Shown here one piece after another: positions 47,487 to 55,841 of a DNA stretch of 64,000 nt; within the stretch, counting starts at the first letter, position 1, and each line of letters opens with the position of its first letter. This DNA is from Caldicoprobacterales bacterium. GTDB taxonomy: Bacteria > Bacillota > Clostridia > Caldicoprobacterales > UBA3941. A program made the translations under genes and the position numbers. Location: positions 524,665 to 588,664 of the forward strand of contig JBMNFJ010000016.1 of the NCBI GenBank assembly GCA_050949255.1. The letters run 5' to 3'. The notes beneath the pieces are model-generated. The model ran no database searches, had not been told where the DNA came from, and was given only the letters and a program-made list of their open reading frames with translations.

Positions 47487-47602
47487 AATTGTCGCATAAA
47501 AAAATAAATCATCAATTGTTGGCCAGTATCAGAGGTACAATTCAATGTTGTGGGCCTTTAGTAATACCATAAAGCCAACATGGAACTTAAAGAGGTAATT
47601 GC

Positions 47603-49258
47603 ATGCATAAAGCAATATGGAATATAGGAAATAAGAAGGATAAGATAGTCATAATCTTTTTGCCCTTGGCTATTTTGGTGCTATTGGCTGCAGCATTCCC
47701 TTTAAATAAGGTACATAGAACCATTACTTTAGAAGCAGGGTCGGATACTCCAGAGTTTTCCCGTTTTATAAAAGATGAGGCAACCAAGGGGGAGATTATT
47801 ACAGATTTATCGAAAATTAACATGTCTGAGCCGGGAGATTACAGAATTAAAATAAAAATTGGAGCGCTGGCATACCATTCCAAATTAAAGATACGGGATA
47901 CTATCCCCCCAACAGCCAATATATCAGACCTGGAGATACCATTGGGCAAGAGAGTGGAAGCAAAGGATTTCGTTTCAGATATAACAGATGTTACGCAAGT
48001 AACAGTTTCATTTTTGGAAGAGCCGGATTTTGATTCTATAGGCGAACAGGATGTAGGTATAGTTTTGGAGGACGCCGGCAGGAACAGAACCGTATATACT
48101 GCCAAACTTTATATAGGTAAGGTATATAGATCGGTAGCTATTGAGCTGGGTACAGAGAGATTGGATATAAGTGACTTCCTGATGGATGATGTCTTTAAGG
48201 GCAGTTTTATAACAGATATCTCTAATATCAATTTGAAAGAACCCGGAACCCACAATATCTCTTTAGAAGTAGATGGAGATATATATTCATCACAATTAGA
48301 AATTATTGATACCACCCCACCAAAAGCAAATGTGATAAATCAAGTAATATGGGTCAATGATAAGATATCTCCCGATGTTTTTGTAAAGAATATATTCGAT
48401 TATAGTGATGTAAAAGTTTTTTTTGGAGAAGAACCCGATTTTAGCCTAGCAGGAATGCATAAGGTATCCATAATATTGGAAGATACGAGCAAAAACAGAA
48501 CTGAGATGGCCGCATACCTGACAATAAGGGAGGATACTGAACCGCCTGTTATAGAAGGCGTTGAGGATATTACCGTTTATGTGGATGAAAGAGTTTCCTA
48601 CAGAAGGAATGTACGGGTTACGGATAATAGAGATGCCGAGGTTGAATTAATTGTTGATAGTAGTAAAGTGAATTTAAAAAAGGAAGGGAAATATGAGGTA
48701 ACCTATATTGCTACTGATACTTCCGGTAATACCGCTACCGAAACGATTACAATTACCGTATTGAAAAAGCCATGGGATTACGTAGATCCGGAGGAATTAG
48801 ATAAACTGGCCGACAGTGTTTTGGATATGATTATTAAGGACGGAATGTCAGATAAGGAAAAGCTCAAAGCCATTTTTCAATGGACCAAGAAGCGAATTTC
48901 ATATACTGGCAGTACTTATAAGAAAAATTGGATGTGGGCTGCCGTTCAGGGTATAAAAAAAGGGTCTGGGGATTGTTTTACCTACTATGGGACTGCCAGG
49001 GCTTTATTAACCAGGGCTGGGTTTGAGAATTTATGTGTTACACGAATTGACAATACCCATTACTGGAACTTAGTAAAATATAACGGTAATTGGTATCATT
49101 TTGACACATGTCCCCATAGTAGCAAATACCCATTTGATGGGTTCCTGCGAACAGACGCGGAAGTAGCGGAATACTCTAAAAAAAGAAAAGATAAGAGAAA
49201 CTATTATACCTTTGATAAGAGTCTATATCCTGCTACGCCGGATGAACCGTTAGAATAG
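47603..49258 (+). CDS. Membrane-anchored multi-Ig-like-domain protein with C-terminal transglutaminase-like cysteine protease core
   Basis: N-terminal TM helix; two paralogous ~75-aa modules (IRDTIPPTANI... and IIDTTPPKANV...); a DUF5011/HYR-like module (EPPVIEGVEDITVYV...TDTSGNTATETITITV). The C-terminal Cys-His-Asp core is GSGDCFTYYGTA, HYWNLV, WYHFD. Confidence 0.7.
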   Translation: MHKAIWNIGNKKDKIVIIFLPLAILVLLAAAFPLNKVHRTITLEAGSDTPEFSRFIKDEATKGEIITDLSKINMSEPGDYRIKIKIGALAYHSKLKIRDTIPPTANISDLEIPLGKRVEAKDFVSDITDVTQVTVSFLEEPDFDSIGEQDVGIVLEDAGRNRTVYTAKLYIGKVYRSVAIELGTERLDISDFLMDDVFKGSFITDISNINLKEPGTHNISLEVDGDIYSSQLEIIDTTPPKANVINQVIWVNDKISPDVFVKNIFDYSDVKVFFGEEPDFSLAGMHKVSIILEDTSKNRTEMAAYLTIREDTEPPVIEGVEDITVYVDERVSYRRNVRVTDNRDAEVELIVDSSKVNLKKEGKYEVTYIATDTSGNTATETITITVLKKPWDYVDPEELDKLADSVLDMIIKDGMSDKEKLKAIFQWTKKRISYTGSTYKKNWMWAAVQGIKKGSGDCFTYYGTARALLTRAGFENLCVTRIDNTHYWNLVKYNGNWYHFDTCPHSSKYPFDGFLRTDAEVAEYSKKRKDKRNYYTFDKSLYPATPDEPLE

Positions 49259-49388
49259 TTATGATCAAAGACGTAATTGGTAGCTGAAGTTTCATGGTAT
49301 ATGAATCATAAAAATTTGGCCTTACCATTGAGCAGTGTATGTAAAACTTCCTTAAAGGAGTTTAATTTAGAATAATGGGGGACTTATT

Positions 49389-49838
49389 TTGGATAAGTGG
49401 GACAAGAGATTTATGGAAATGGTAAAGGTAATCGCTGGGTGGTCCAGCTGTTATCAACATAATAGAAAGATTGGCGCCATCATAGTGAAAAACAAAAGAA
49501 TATTAACTACCGGATATAACGGTGCACCTTCGGGCTATCCCAGCTGTGTAGAACGGCAGGAATGCATAAGAAGAATTAGAGAGATCCCCTCAGGAACCAA
49601 ACATGAATACTGTTATGCCATCCATGCTGAGCAAAATGCTATCGTGCAGGCCGCAAGATTGGGGGTATCTATAGAGGGAGCTACCCTGTATTGTACCCAT
49701 CAACCCTGTGTCATTTGTGCAAAATTAATAGTAAACAGTGGCATTATCCGGGTGGTATATGGAGAACCATACCCCGATAGCCTGGCTACGGAAATACTGG
49801 AGACTGTCGGGGTTAGCCTGGAAAGATATATTGAATAA
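49389..49838 (+). CDS. comEB: dCMP deaminase (ComEB-type cytidine/deoxycytidylate deaminase)
   Basis: HAEQNAI and PCVICAKL zinc-binding motifs. 149 aa. TTG start after GGGGGA. Confidence 0.85.
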   Translation: MDKWDKRFMEMVKVIAGWSSCYQHNRKIGAIIVKNKRILTTGYNGAPSGYPSCVERQECIRRIREIPSGTKHEYCYAIHAEQNAIVQAARLGVSIEGATLYCTHQPCVICAKLIVNSGIIRVVYGEPYPDSLATEILETVGVSLERYIE

Positions 49839-49856
49839 ACAGGGCAGGTTATGCTC

Positions 49857-50639
49857 CTATTCGTCGTCATTGGAAGAAGCAGGCGGTTCCATGTATTTAC
49901 CTGATAACGTTTGAAGAGTTCTGGGTAGCGCATCCCTGGAATTACCCCATGGCTTGTCCTGGTTTCGATAATCGAATTTTTGTGTATACCATAATAAATC
50001 AGCTTCTAATTGATCAAAGGTTTTTGTTTGGATTGGTAGAATAAAATCGATCCATCTATTAAAGTGTTTAGCGGATAGGGTTTCATCCGCTATTTTCATA
50101 ATCAATGCAAAATGATGGAGGCAAAATCCTTTTGAGTTTTTCAAGGTCTCGATAAAATTGTTGTCCTTTTGCCAAAGATAAATAATTGTATATGCATATC
50201 TTTTTAATAGATTTTCCAACCTATCGCATATCATGCAGCTATGATGATGTTCGTCCAGCCATTCTAATAGATTACTTAGAGGACTATCTGACCCTCTACC
50301 TTTTCCTGTCAGTTTAGAGCTAAAGCGTGAAATTAGTCCTTTTTTACCTCTTTTTAAGTCTTTGGTAAGCTTTGCAAACTCACCAATTGTTTCTTTTAAA
50401 TGTGTGTGAGTTATTAAAGCAAGACCAAGGCGATTTTTCTCACCATAGAGCTGTCTAAAATGATCACCGCAAAAACCTATCCTATTTACATCAATTCTGG
50501 TGCTGGGCTCCATTACCGACCCACCAAGGAAAAAATCCACGTATTTTTTTTCAGAATTATACTCTAATACACATAGTGGACATTGGTCTTTTTGGTCATA
50601 GGCATCCCATACAGGAATGGTATCTATATGGTATTTCAT
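49857..50639 (-). CDS. Cys-rich hypothetical protein (possibly DUF6062-like)
   Basis: 260 aa. MKYHIDTIPVWDAYDQKDQCPLCVLE, GFCGDHF, HHSCMICDRL and GFCLHHF suggest two CxxC/His-containing metal sites. The family name is recalled from memory only. Confidence 0.45.
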   Translation of the reverse strand: MKYHIDTIPVWDAYDQKDQCPLCVLEYNSEKKYVDFFLGGSVMEPSTRIDVNRIGFCGDHFRQLYGEKNRLGLALITHTHLKETIGEFAKLTKDLKRGKKGLISRFSSKLTGKGRGSDSPLSNLLEWLDEHHHSCMICDRLENLLKRYAYTIIYLWQKDNNFIETLKNSKGFCLHHFALIMKIADETLSAKHFNRWIDFILPIQTKTFDQLEADLLWYTQKFDYRNQDKPWGNSRDALPRTLQTLSGKYMEPPASSNDDE

Positions 50640-50762
50640 TGTTATCCTCCCTGATTATATACTAAACGCATTGTATCATAAATCAAAAGATACCGCCATA
50701 AATATTAAACAGGTAGCCAAGGTATATATAAACAAAGATATTTATAAGGGGAGGATTTGGAC

Positions 50763-51680
50763 ATGCGATATTCGAGGATAAGAAGGGCAAGAAATCAAAA
50801 GCGCTATGCTATAGTTCTTTTGATTGTATTCCTAATACTGGGAGGTGTTTATTTTCTCATGGCTGGTACCATAGGTAAGGCTATCAGCAATATCATAACC
50901 CCTATCTTAAAAACCAAAGTGGGTACTGAACAGGATGGACAAGATGAGCATATTACAGATGAGATTGGTTCGGAAGGAGAGGACACAGAGTTGACTCTCC
51001 CAAAGGAAGAAAATGAGGATAATCAGGGTCCCCGTATAACCGAGTTAATAAAGATAGAAGCAAAGAGTTTTTTTGGGATACAGTTGGGTGCCTTCAATAA
51101 TAAGGAGAATGCTCTATTCATTGCCAATGAGCTAAAGAAAAAGGGAGCAGCAGGATATGTACTGGAAGATCAATTTTCCAGGGTCTTAGCTATTATATTT
51201 CAGTCACAGGATGATACTAGGGCGGTCATAGAACAACTTAAAGCCCAATCGGTAGATTCTCAGATATATGAACTCAAGTGCCCCGGAGTAGATATGGAGA
51301 TAACAGCTTCAAGTGAAAAGGTGGAGGGTATTAAATCCTCATACGCAATGGTTATGGATAATTTTGGATTAATGGAATCTATTATCAAGGACTTGGATAA
51401 GGATAAAATTACTAAAGAAATAGCTTTGGAAAAAATCAGGAATATAATCGATAATATAAAGGAAAAAACAGATCAGCTACAAGCATATTCGACTGATGAA
51501 GAAGGTAGACTGGTGTTATCAGGTTTGAAGGACTTTCTTTCTGCACAGATTGATAATTTAGAAGATATATTACTGGGAAACACATCGGATAGAGTAGAAA
51601 TTTCCTCCAAGATAAAGTATACTTATATAGACATGGCAGTTAAGTATAAAAAATATATGGAACAAATTGCTAACGGATAG
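50763..51680 (+). CDS. Membrane-anchored SPOR-domain protein
   Basis: ATG 50763 follows AAGGGGAGGA. TM helix (AIVLLIVFLILGGVYFLMAG), acidic linker, and a SPOR-like FFGIQLGAFNNKENALFIANELKKKGAAGYV. Confidence 0.65.
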   Translation: MRYSRIRRARNQKRYAIVLLIVFLILGGVYFLMAGTIGKAISNIITPILKTKVGTEQDGQDEHITDEIGSEGEDTELTLPKEENEDNQGPRITELIKIEAKSFFGIQLGAFNNKENALFIANELKKKGAAGYVLEDQFSRVLAIIFQSQDDTRAVIEQLKAQSVDSQIYELKCPGVDMEITASSEKVEGIKSSYAMVMDNFGLMESIIKDLDKDKITKEIALEKIRNIIDNIKEKTDQLQAYSTDEEGRLVLSGLKDFLSAQIDNLEDILLGNTSDRVEISSKIKYTYIDMAVKYKKYMEQIANG

Positions 51681-51693
51681 GGAGAGATAGCAT

Positions 51694-52041
51694 TTGAAGA
51701 TATCAACTATAAAGGACCTGTTGGAGGCAGAATTAATTGTTGGTGAGGAATTTCTGGACCACGAAGTAGTATCTGCATGCGGGTCTGATTTGATGAGCGA
51801 TGTATTGACCTTTGTAAAAGAACAAACAGTGTTGCTAACCGGACTCAATAACCCCCAGGTGATCCGCACAGCTGAGATGTTGGATGTTTCCTGCATCGTA
51901 TTTGTGAGAGGAAAAAAACCTACTCAAGACATTATAAATATGGCACTGGAGCGTGATATAGTGTTATTGTCCACTGATAACACATTATTTGAGGCGTGCG
52001 GCAAACTTTATGAAGGCGGACTTAGGGGAGACATGAGATGA
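51694..52041 (+). CDS. DRTGG domain protein (copy 1)
   Basis: 115 aa. ...ACGSDLMSDVLTFVKEQTVLLTGLNNPQVIRTAEMLDVSCIVFVRGKKP... matches the DRTGG-domain pattern. TTG start 13 nt after the SPOR gene. ATGA overlap with the next gene. Confidence 0.7.
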   Translation: MKISTIKDLLEAELIVGEEFLDHEVVSACGSDLMSDVLTFVKEQTVLLTGLNNPQVIRTAEMLDVSCIVFVRGKKPTQDIINMALERDIVLLSTDNTLFEACGKLYEGGLRGDMR

Positions 52042-52478
52042 CGGTGGAATCTAATGAATATATCGGCATGATCCACAGCTATGAAATAGAAGCGGGTAAT
52101 TTTACCAAGGCCGGTGAAGCGGCTAGTAGTATTAAGAGACTTTTAAGGCAATTAGGTGTTGATGCCAATGTTATTAGAAGGGTGTCCATAGCTGCTTATG
52201 AAGCAGAAATGAACATGGTTATCCACTCAATAGGTGGGAATATTCAAATAGAAATAAGTCCGAAAGCCATAGTGTTCAAGGCCGTAGACGAAGGGCCGGG
52301 TATAGAGGATGTTAACTTAGCTATGGAAGAGGGATTCTCCACAGCCAAAGAATGGGCTAGAGAATTGGGTTTTGGGGCCGGTATGGGATTGCCCAATATA
52401 AAAAGATGTTCTGATGAATTTCATATCCAATCTGAAGTGGGGCAAGGCACCTATTTAGAAGCAAAATTCATATTATAG
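52038..52478 (+). CDS. SpoIIAB/RsbW-like GHKL ATPase (anti-sigma-factor-type serine kinase fold)
   Basis: 146 aa. N-box EAEMNMVIHS, G1 DEGPGI and G2 GAGMGLPNI. There is no HisKA or DHp domain. Confidence 0.75.
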   Translation: MTVESNEYIGMIHSYEIEAGNFTKAGEAASSIKRLLRQLGVDANVIRRVSIAAYEAEMNMVIHSIGGNIQIEISPKAIVFKAVDEGPGIEDVNLAMEEGFSTAKEWARELGFGAGMGLPNIKRCSDEFHIQSEVGQGTYLEAKFIL

Positions 52479-52603
52479 ATATACTAATCATTGGCTATAG
52501 TTACATAGTAAGAATACCGAAATTGGTTTCGGAAAATATTGGGACAACAAGCAGCCAATTGTACATATAATGACCTATCTATGTAAAAAGGAAGGTGAGC
52601 TAT

Positions 52604-53956
52604 ATGCAGGGGTACTACCATTCCGTAACCTTGGATGCAGACAAATGCATGGGGTGTACCAATTGCATTAAGAGATGCCCCACAGAGGCCATTCGAGTCC
52701 GGGATGGCAAGGCATATATAATAGCTGAACGCTGTATAGATTGCGGGGAATGTATCCGAGTATGCCCTTATCATGCCAAAATTGCCGTTACCGATCCCTT
52801 AGATGCTATATATGATTATAAGTATAAGATAGCACTTCCTGCACCCACTTTATATGGCCAGTTTAAAGACCTAACCAGCATAGACAGTGTTTTACATGGC
52901 CTCAAGCTCTTAGGATTTGATGATGTTTTTGAAGTAGCCAGAGGCGCCGATTTTGCTACCGAATTTACAAAGTACCAGATCAAGCATACTAATCCCAAGC
53001 GGCCTATTATTTCTTCATCTTGTCCAGCTGTGGTTAGATTGGTGCAAGTTAGGTTTCCTGAACTGATATCCAATCTTGCCGATGTTCAATCTCCCATGGA
53101 GATTGCTGCCCAGATTGCCAAGGATAATTTTAGCAGAGAACACGGGGTGGATATAGAAGAAATAGGCGCTTTTTTTATAACTCCTTGTGCGGCGAAAGCT
53201 ACCAGTATTAGGAATCCATTGGGTACAGAAAGATCCAGTGTCGATGGGTCTATATCAATCCTGGATATATATGGTCCTCTATCATTGGTAATGAACAAGG
53301 CTGATAATTCATGTGTTACTACCAGTCTTCGAAAATCTACCCTAAAGGGTGTAGGCTGGGCAAACTCAGGTGGCGAAGGATCTTCCTTAGACATAGATAG
53401 TTATTTGTCAGTGGACGGTATTCCCAACGTCATCAAGGTTTTGGAGGAAATTGAGAATGGTAAGCTATCGGATCTGGATTTTTTCGAAGGTCTGGCCTGT
53501 GTAGGTGGATGTGTCGGTGGTCCGCTGGTTTTTGAGAATAACTTTGTTGCACAAAATAGGTTGAGGAAGCTTATTAGTAAGATTGAAGACTCCGAACCTA
53601 TCGCCCATGAAGAATTTAAAATGGCTTTGGAGAAGTACGACTGGAAGTTTAATAAGGAGATATTACCAAAGCCAATAATGAGATTGGATGATGATATTTC
53701 ATCTGCTATAAAGAAGATGGAGGAATTGGAGCGGATTTATGCCGATCTTCCCGGTTTGGACTGCGGATCTTGCGGTTCTCCCAGCTGTAGAGCCTTGGCT
53801 GAGGATATAGTAAGGGGATATACTACCGAATTTGATTGTATCATTAAGCTTAGGGAGAAGATAAGAAACCTAGCGAGAGAATTTGGGGAGTTATCGGATA
53901 ATCTGCCTACAGGAATAGATAGAAGCGATACAGGAGGATTAAAACATGAGGATTAA
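52604..53956 (+). CDS. HydS-like (putative sensory) [FeFe]-hydrogenase homologue with C-terminal RnfB-type Fe-S motif
   Basis: Two ferredoxin motifs (CMGCTNCIKRCP, CIDCGECIRVCP). Degenerate H-cluster motifs SSSCP, TPCAAK and ACVGGCVGGP. C-terminal LPGLDCGSCGSPSCRALAEDIV. ATG 52604 follows AAGGAAGGTG. Confidence 0.75.
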   Translation: MQGYYHSVTLDADKCMGCTNCIKRCPTEAIRVRDGKAYIIAERCIDCGECIRVCPYHAKIAVTDPLDAIYDYKYKIALPAPTLYGQFKDLTSIDSVLHGLKLLGFDDVFEVARGADFATEFTKYQIKHTNPKRPIISSSCPAVVRLVQVRFPELISNLADVQSPMEIAAQIAKDNFSREHGVDIEEIGAFFITPCAAKATSIRNPLGTERSSVDGSISILDIYGPLSLVMNKADNSCVTTSLRKSTLKGVGWANSGGEGSSLDIDSYLSVDGIPNVIKVLEEIENGKLSDLDFFEGLACVGGCVGGPLVFENNFVAQNRLRKLISKIEDSEPIAHEEFKMALEKYDWKFNKEILPKPIMRLDDDISSAIKKMEELERIYADLPGLDCGSCGSPSCRALAEDIVRGYTTEFDCIIKLREKIRNLAREFGELSDNLPTGIDRSDTGGLKHED

Positions 53957-54290
53957 TGATTTAATTAAGAAGATACCACATACCATATTAGCAGGAGAAG
54001 AATTTTTGAATAGGGAGATAAAATCCGGATATTGTTGTGATCTATTGAGCCGGGTAATGGCCCATGGTCCGAGGAACGGTATATGGATAACCGTCCAAAC
54101 CCACGTTAATATTATTGCTATTGCAACCTTACTTGATATTTCATGTATTATCATCCCTGAGGATATCAGTGTAGACCCAAATACCATAGCAAAGGCCAAT
54201 GAAGAGGAAGTTGTAGTCATATCTTCACCTTTAACAGCTTTTGAATTAGCAGGACGATTATATGAAATGGGAGTAGGCAATCAGAAATGA
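53946..54290 (+). CDS. DRTGG domain protein (copy 2)
   Basis: 114 aa, paralogous to 51694-52041 (GYCCDLLSRVMAHGPRNGIWITVQTHVNIIAIATLLDISCIIIPEDISV). It overlaps the upstream gene by 11 nt and the downstream gene by ATGA. Confidence 0.7.
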   Translation: MRINDLIKKIPHTILAGEEFLNREIKSGYCCDLLSRVMAHGPRNGIWITVQTHVNIIAIATLLDISCIIIPEDISVDPNTIAKANEEEVVVISSPLTAFELAGRLYEMGVGNQK

Positions 54291-54988
54291 GAATAGCCGT
54301 CGATCTACATATACATTCAGCCCTCTCGCCCTGCGCTGATGATGATATGACCCCTAATAACATAGTAAATATGGCAATGCTAAAGAAGCTGGATGCAATA
54401 TCCATTACAGACCACAACAGCTGTGACAATGTAGAGGCAGTCATCAAAGCAGCGGGTTCCAAATTGATGGTTGTGCCCGGTATGGAAGTACAAACCAGGG
54501 AGGAGGTCCATCTTTTATGCTATTTTAATTGTTTGGACAAGCTGATGGACTTTGGGGAAGTAATAAAAAATGAATTACCAAAGATATCAAACGTTCCCAA
54601 GATATTTGGCAACCAATTAATAATAGACGATGAGGATAGGGTAGTTGATGAAAGGAAAGAGATGCTGATATCGTCGACGGATTTATCAATAGATCAAATC
54701 ATAGAGGAAGCTATTAGCAGGGATGGGGTGGCGATCCCTGCCCATGTGGATAAACCATCTTACAGTATCATTTCTCAGTTGGGTTTTATACCCAAAAATT
54801 TGGAGGGTGGAATGGTAGAGATAAGTGGTTATAGTAATGAGCTTCTTACCAAGTTTCCCTCCCATAAGCTTTTATATTCCTCAGATGCCCATGAATTAGG
54901 GCAAATACTAGAGCGAGTTAATTTTATAACCGTATGCGATTTATCTGTTTCAGGCATTCTCAACGCCTTAAGAAGCCCGTCTAAATAA
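54287..54988 (+). CDS. PHP-domain metal-dependent phosphoesterase
   Basis: The N-terminal DLHIHSALSPCADD and ITDHNS His/Asp motifs, plus the later AHVD and SDAH, are typical of the PHP superfamily. Confidence 0.75.
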   Translation: MRIAVDLHIHSALSPCADDDMTPNNIVNMAMLKKLDAISITDHNSCDNVEAVIKAAGSKLMVVPGMEVQTREEVHLLCYFNCLDKLMDFGEVIKNELPKISNVPKIFGNQLIIDDEDRVVDERKEMLISSTDLSIDQIIEEAISRDGVAIPAHVDKPSYSIISQLGFIPKNLEGGMVEISGYSNELLTKFPSHKLLYSSDAHELGQILERVNFITVCDLSVSGILNALRSPSK

Positions 54989-55199
54989 AGCATGTGTGGA
55001 TCATTATTGATAATCCCATCTCTGTATCGGAAATACGAAATTGACAATTAAATAACAAAAAGATTCTGAATATTTTATCGTTTTGTATCTCTGACTTGTA
55101 CTTAATTAATTTATTAAGGCAAAAAAATGCATGCATATAGTTTATTTTGTCGAATTGCACAGGACAACAAAAATAACTTAAAAATATTTCGTTAAATAT

Positions 55200-55228
55200 A
55201 TGACAAATATAAAAAAATGTGTTAGAAT
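55200..55228 (+). promoter_or_regulatory. SigA-type promoter of the hydrogenase structural operon
   Basis: ATGACA, exactly 17 nt, TAGAAT preceded by TGT (extended -10), 126 nt upstream of ATG 55354 in a 365-nt AT-rich spacer. Confidence 0.6.
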
Positions 55229-55353
55229 GTCCTTGTATTTTGATTTGTATAGAAAAATACGGCAAGTCATACAAGCTACCTCTATTAGGGATAGTTTTTA
55301 AGCTTTGCCGACAATAACAATTTTATAGCTATTATTTTGGAGGAGGGGACAAA

Positions 55354-55839
55354 ATGTCAGCCATAGATTTAGAAAATCAGGAGAAATTTCAGCAGCTTCA
55401 AAAGGTCATTGACGAGTGGAAGGATAAAGAAGGTCCGCTTATGCCAGTCCTTCATAGCGCTCAGGAGATTTTCGGATGCCTATCCCTTGATGTACAAAAG
55501 TATATATCCAAGGAATTAGATATCCCTGTTAGTGATATTTATGGGGTTGCGACTTTTTACTCCCAGTTTACTTTAAAGCCTAAGGGCAAATATAGAATTG
55601 GGGTATGTATGGGTACAGCCTGCTATGTAAAGGGTGCTCAGGCTATATTAGATGAACTTAAAAAGGTATTAGATTTAGAAGTGGGGGAGACCTCCGATGA
55701 TGGACTATTCACCTTGGATGCTACCAGGTGTTTAGGAGCATGTGGTCTAGCTCCCATCATGATGATCAATGATGACGTATATGGCAGGTTAAAACCCGAA
55801 GATGTTAAAGGAATAATTGACAAATACAGGGATAAATAA
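55354..55839 (+). CDS. hydC: [FeFe]-hydrogenase gamma subunit, NuoE-like [2Fe-2S] protein
   Basis: 161 aa. CMGTACYVKG and CLGACGLAPIMMIND cysteine motifs of NuoE/HydC. RBS GGAGGAGGGG. Confidence 0.88.
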   Translation: MSAIDLENQEKFQQLQKVIDEWKDKEGPLMPVLHSAQEIFGCLSLDVQKYISKELDIPVSDIYGVATFYSQFTLKPKGKYRIGVCMGTACYVKGAQAILDELKKVLDLEVGETSDDGLFTLDATRCLGACGLAPIMMINDDVYGRLKPEDVKGIIDKYRDK

Positions 55840-55841
55840 CC

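Noticed and set aside
55041-55058. TTGACAATTAAATAACAA considered as a Rex (redox repressor) operator for the hydrogenase operon
   Set aside because: It matches the TTGTTAA-N4-TTAACAA-type consensus I recall at only about 11 of 14 positions. It is a poor palindrome and lies about 150 nt upstream of the best promoter rather than overlapping it. It cannot be distinguished from AT-rich background without a scoring matrix.
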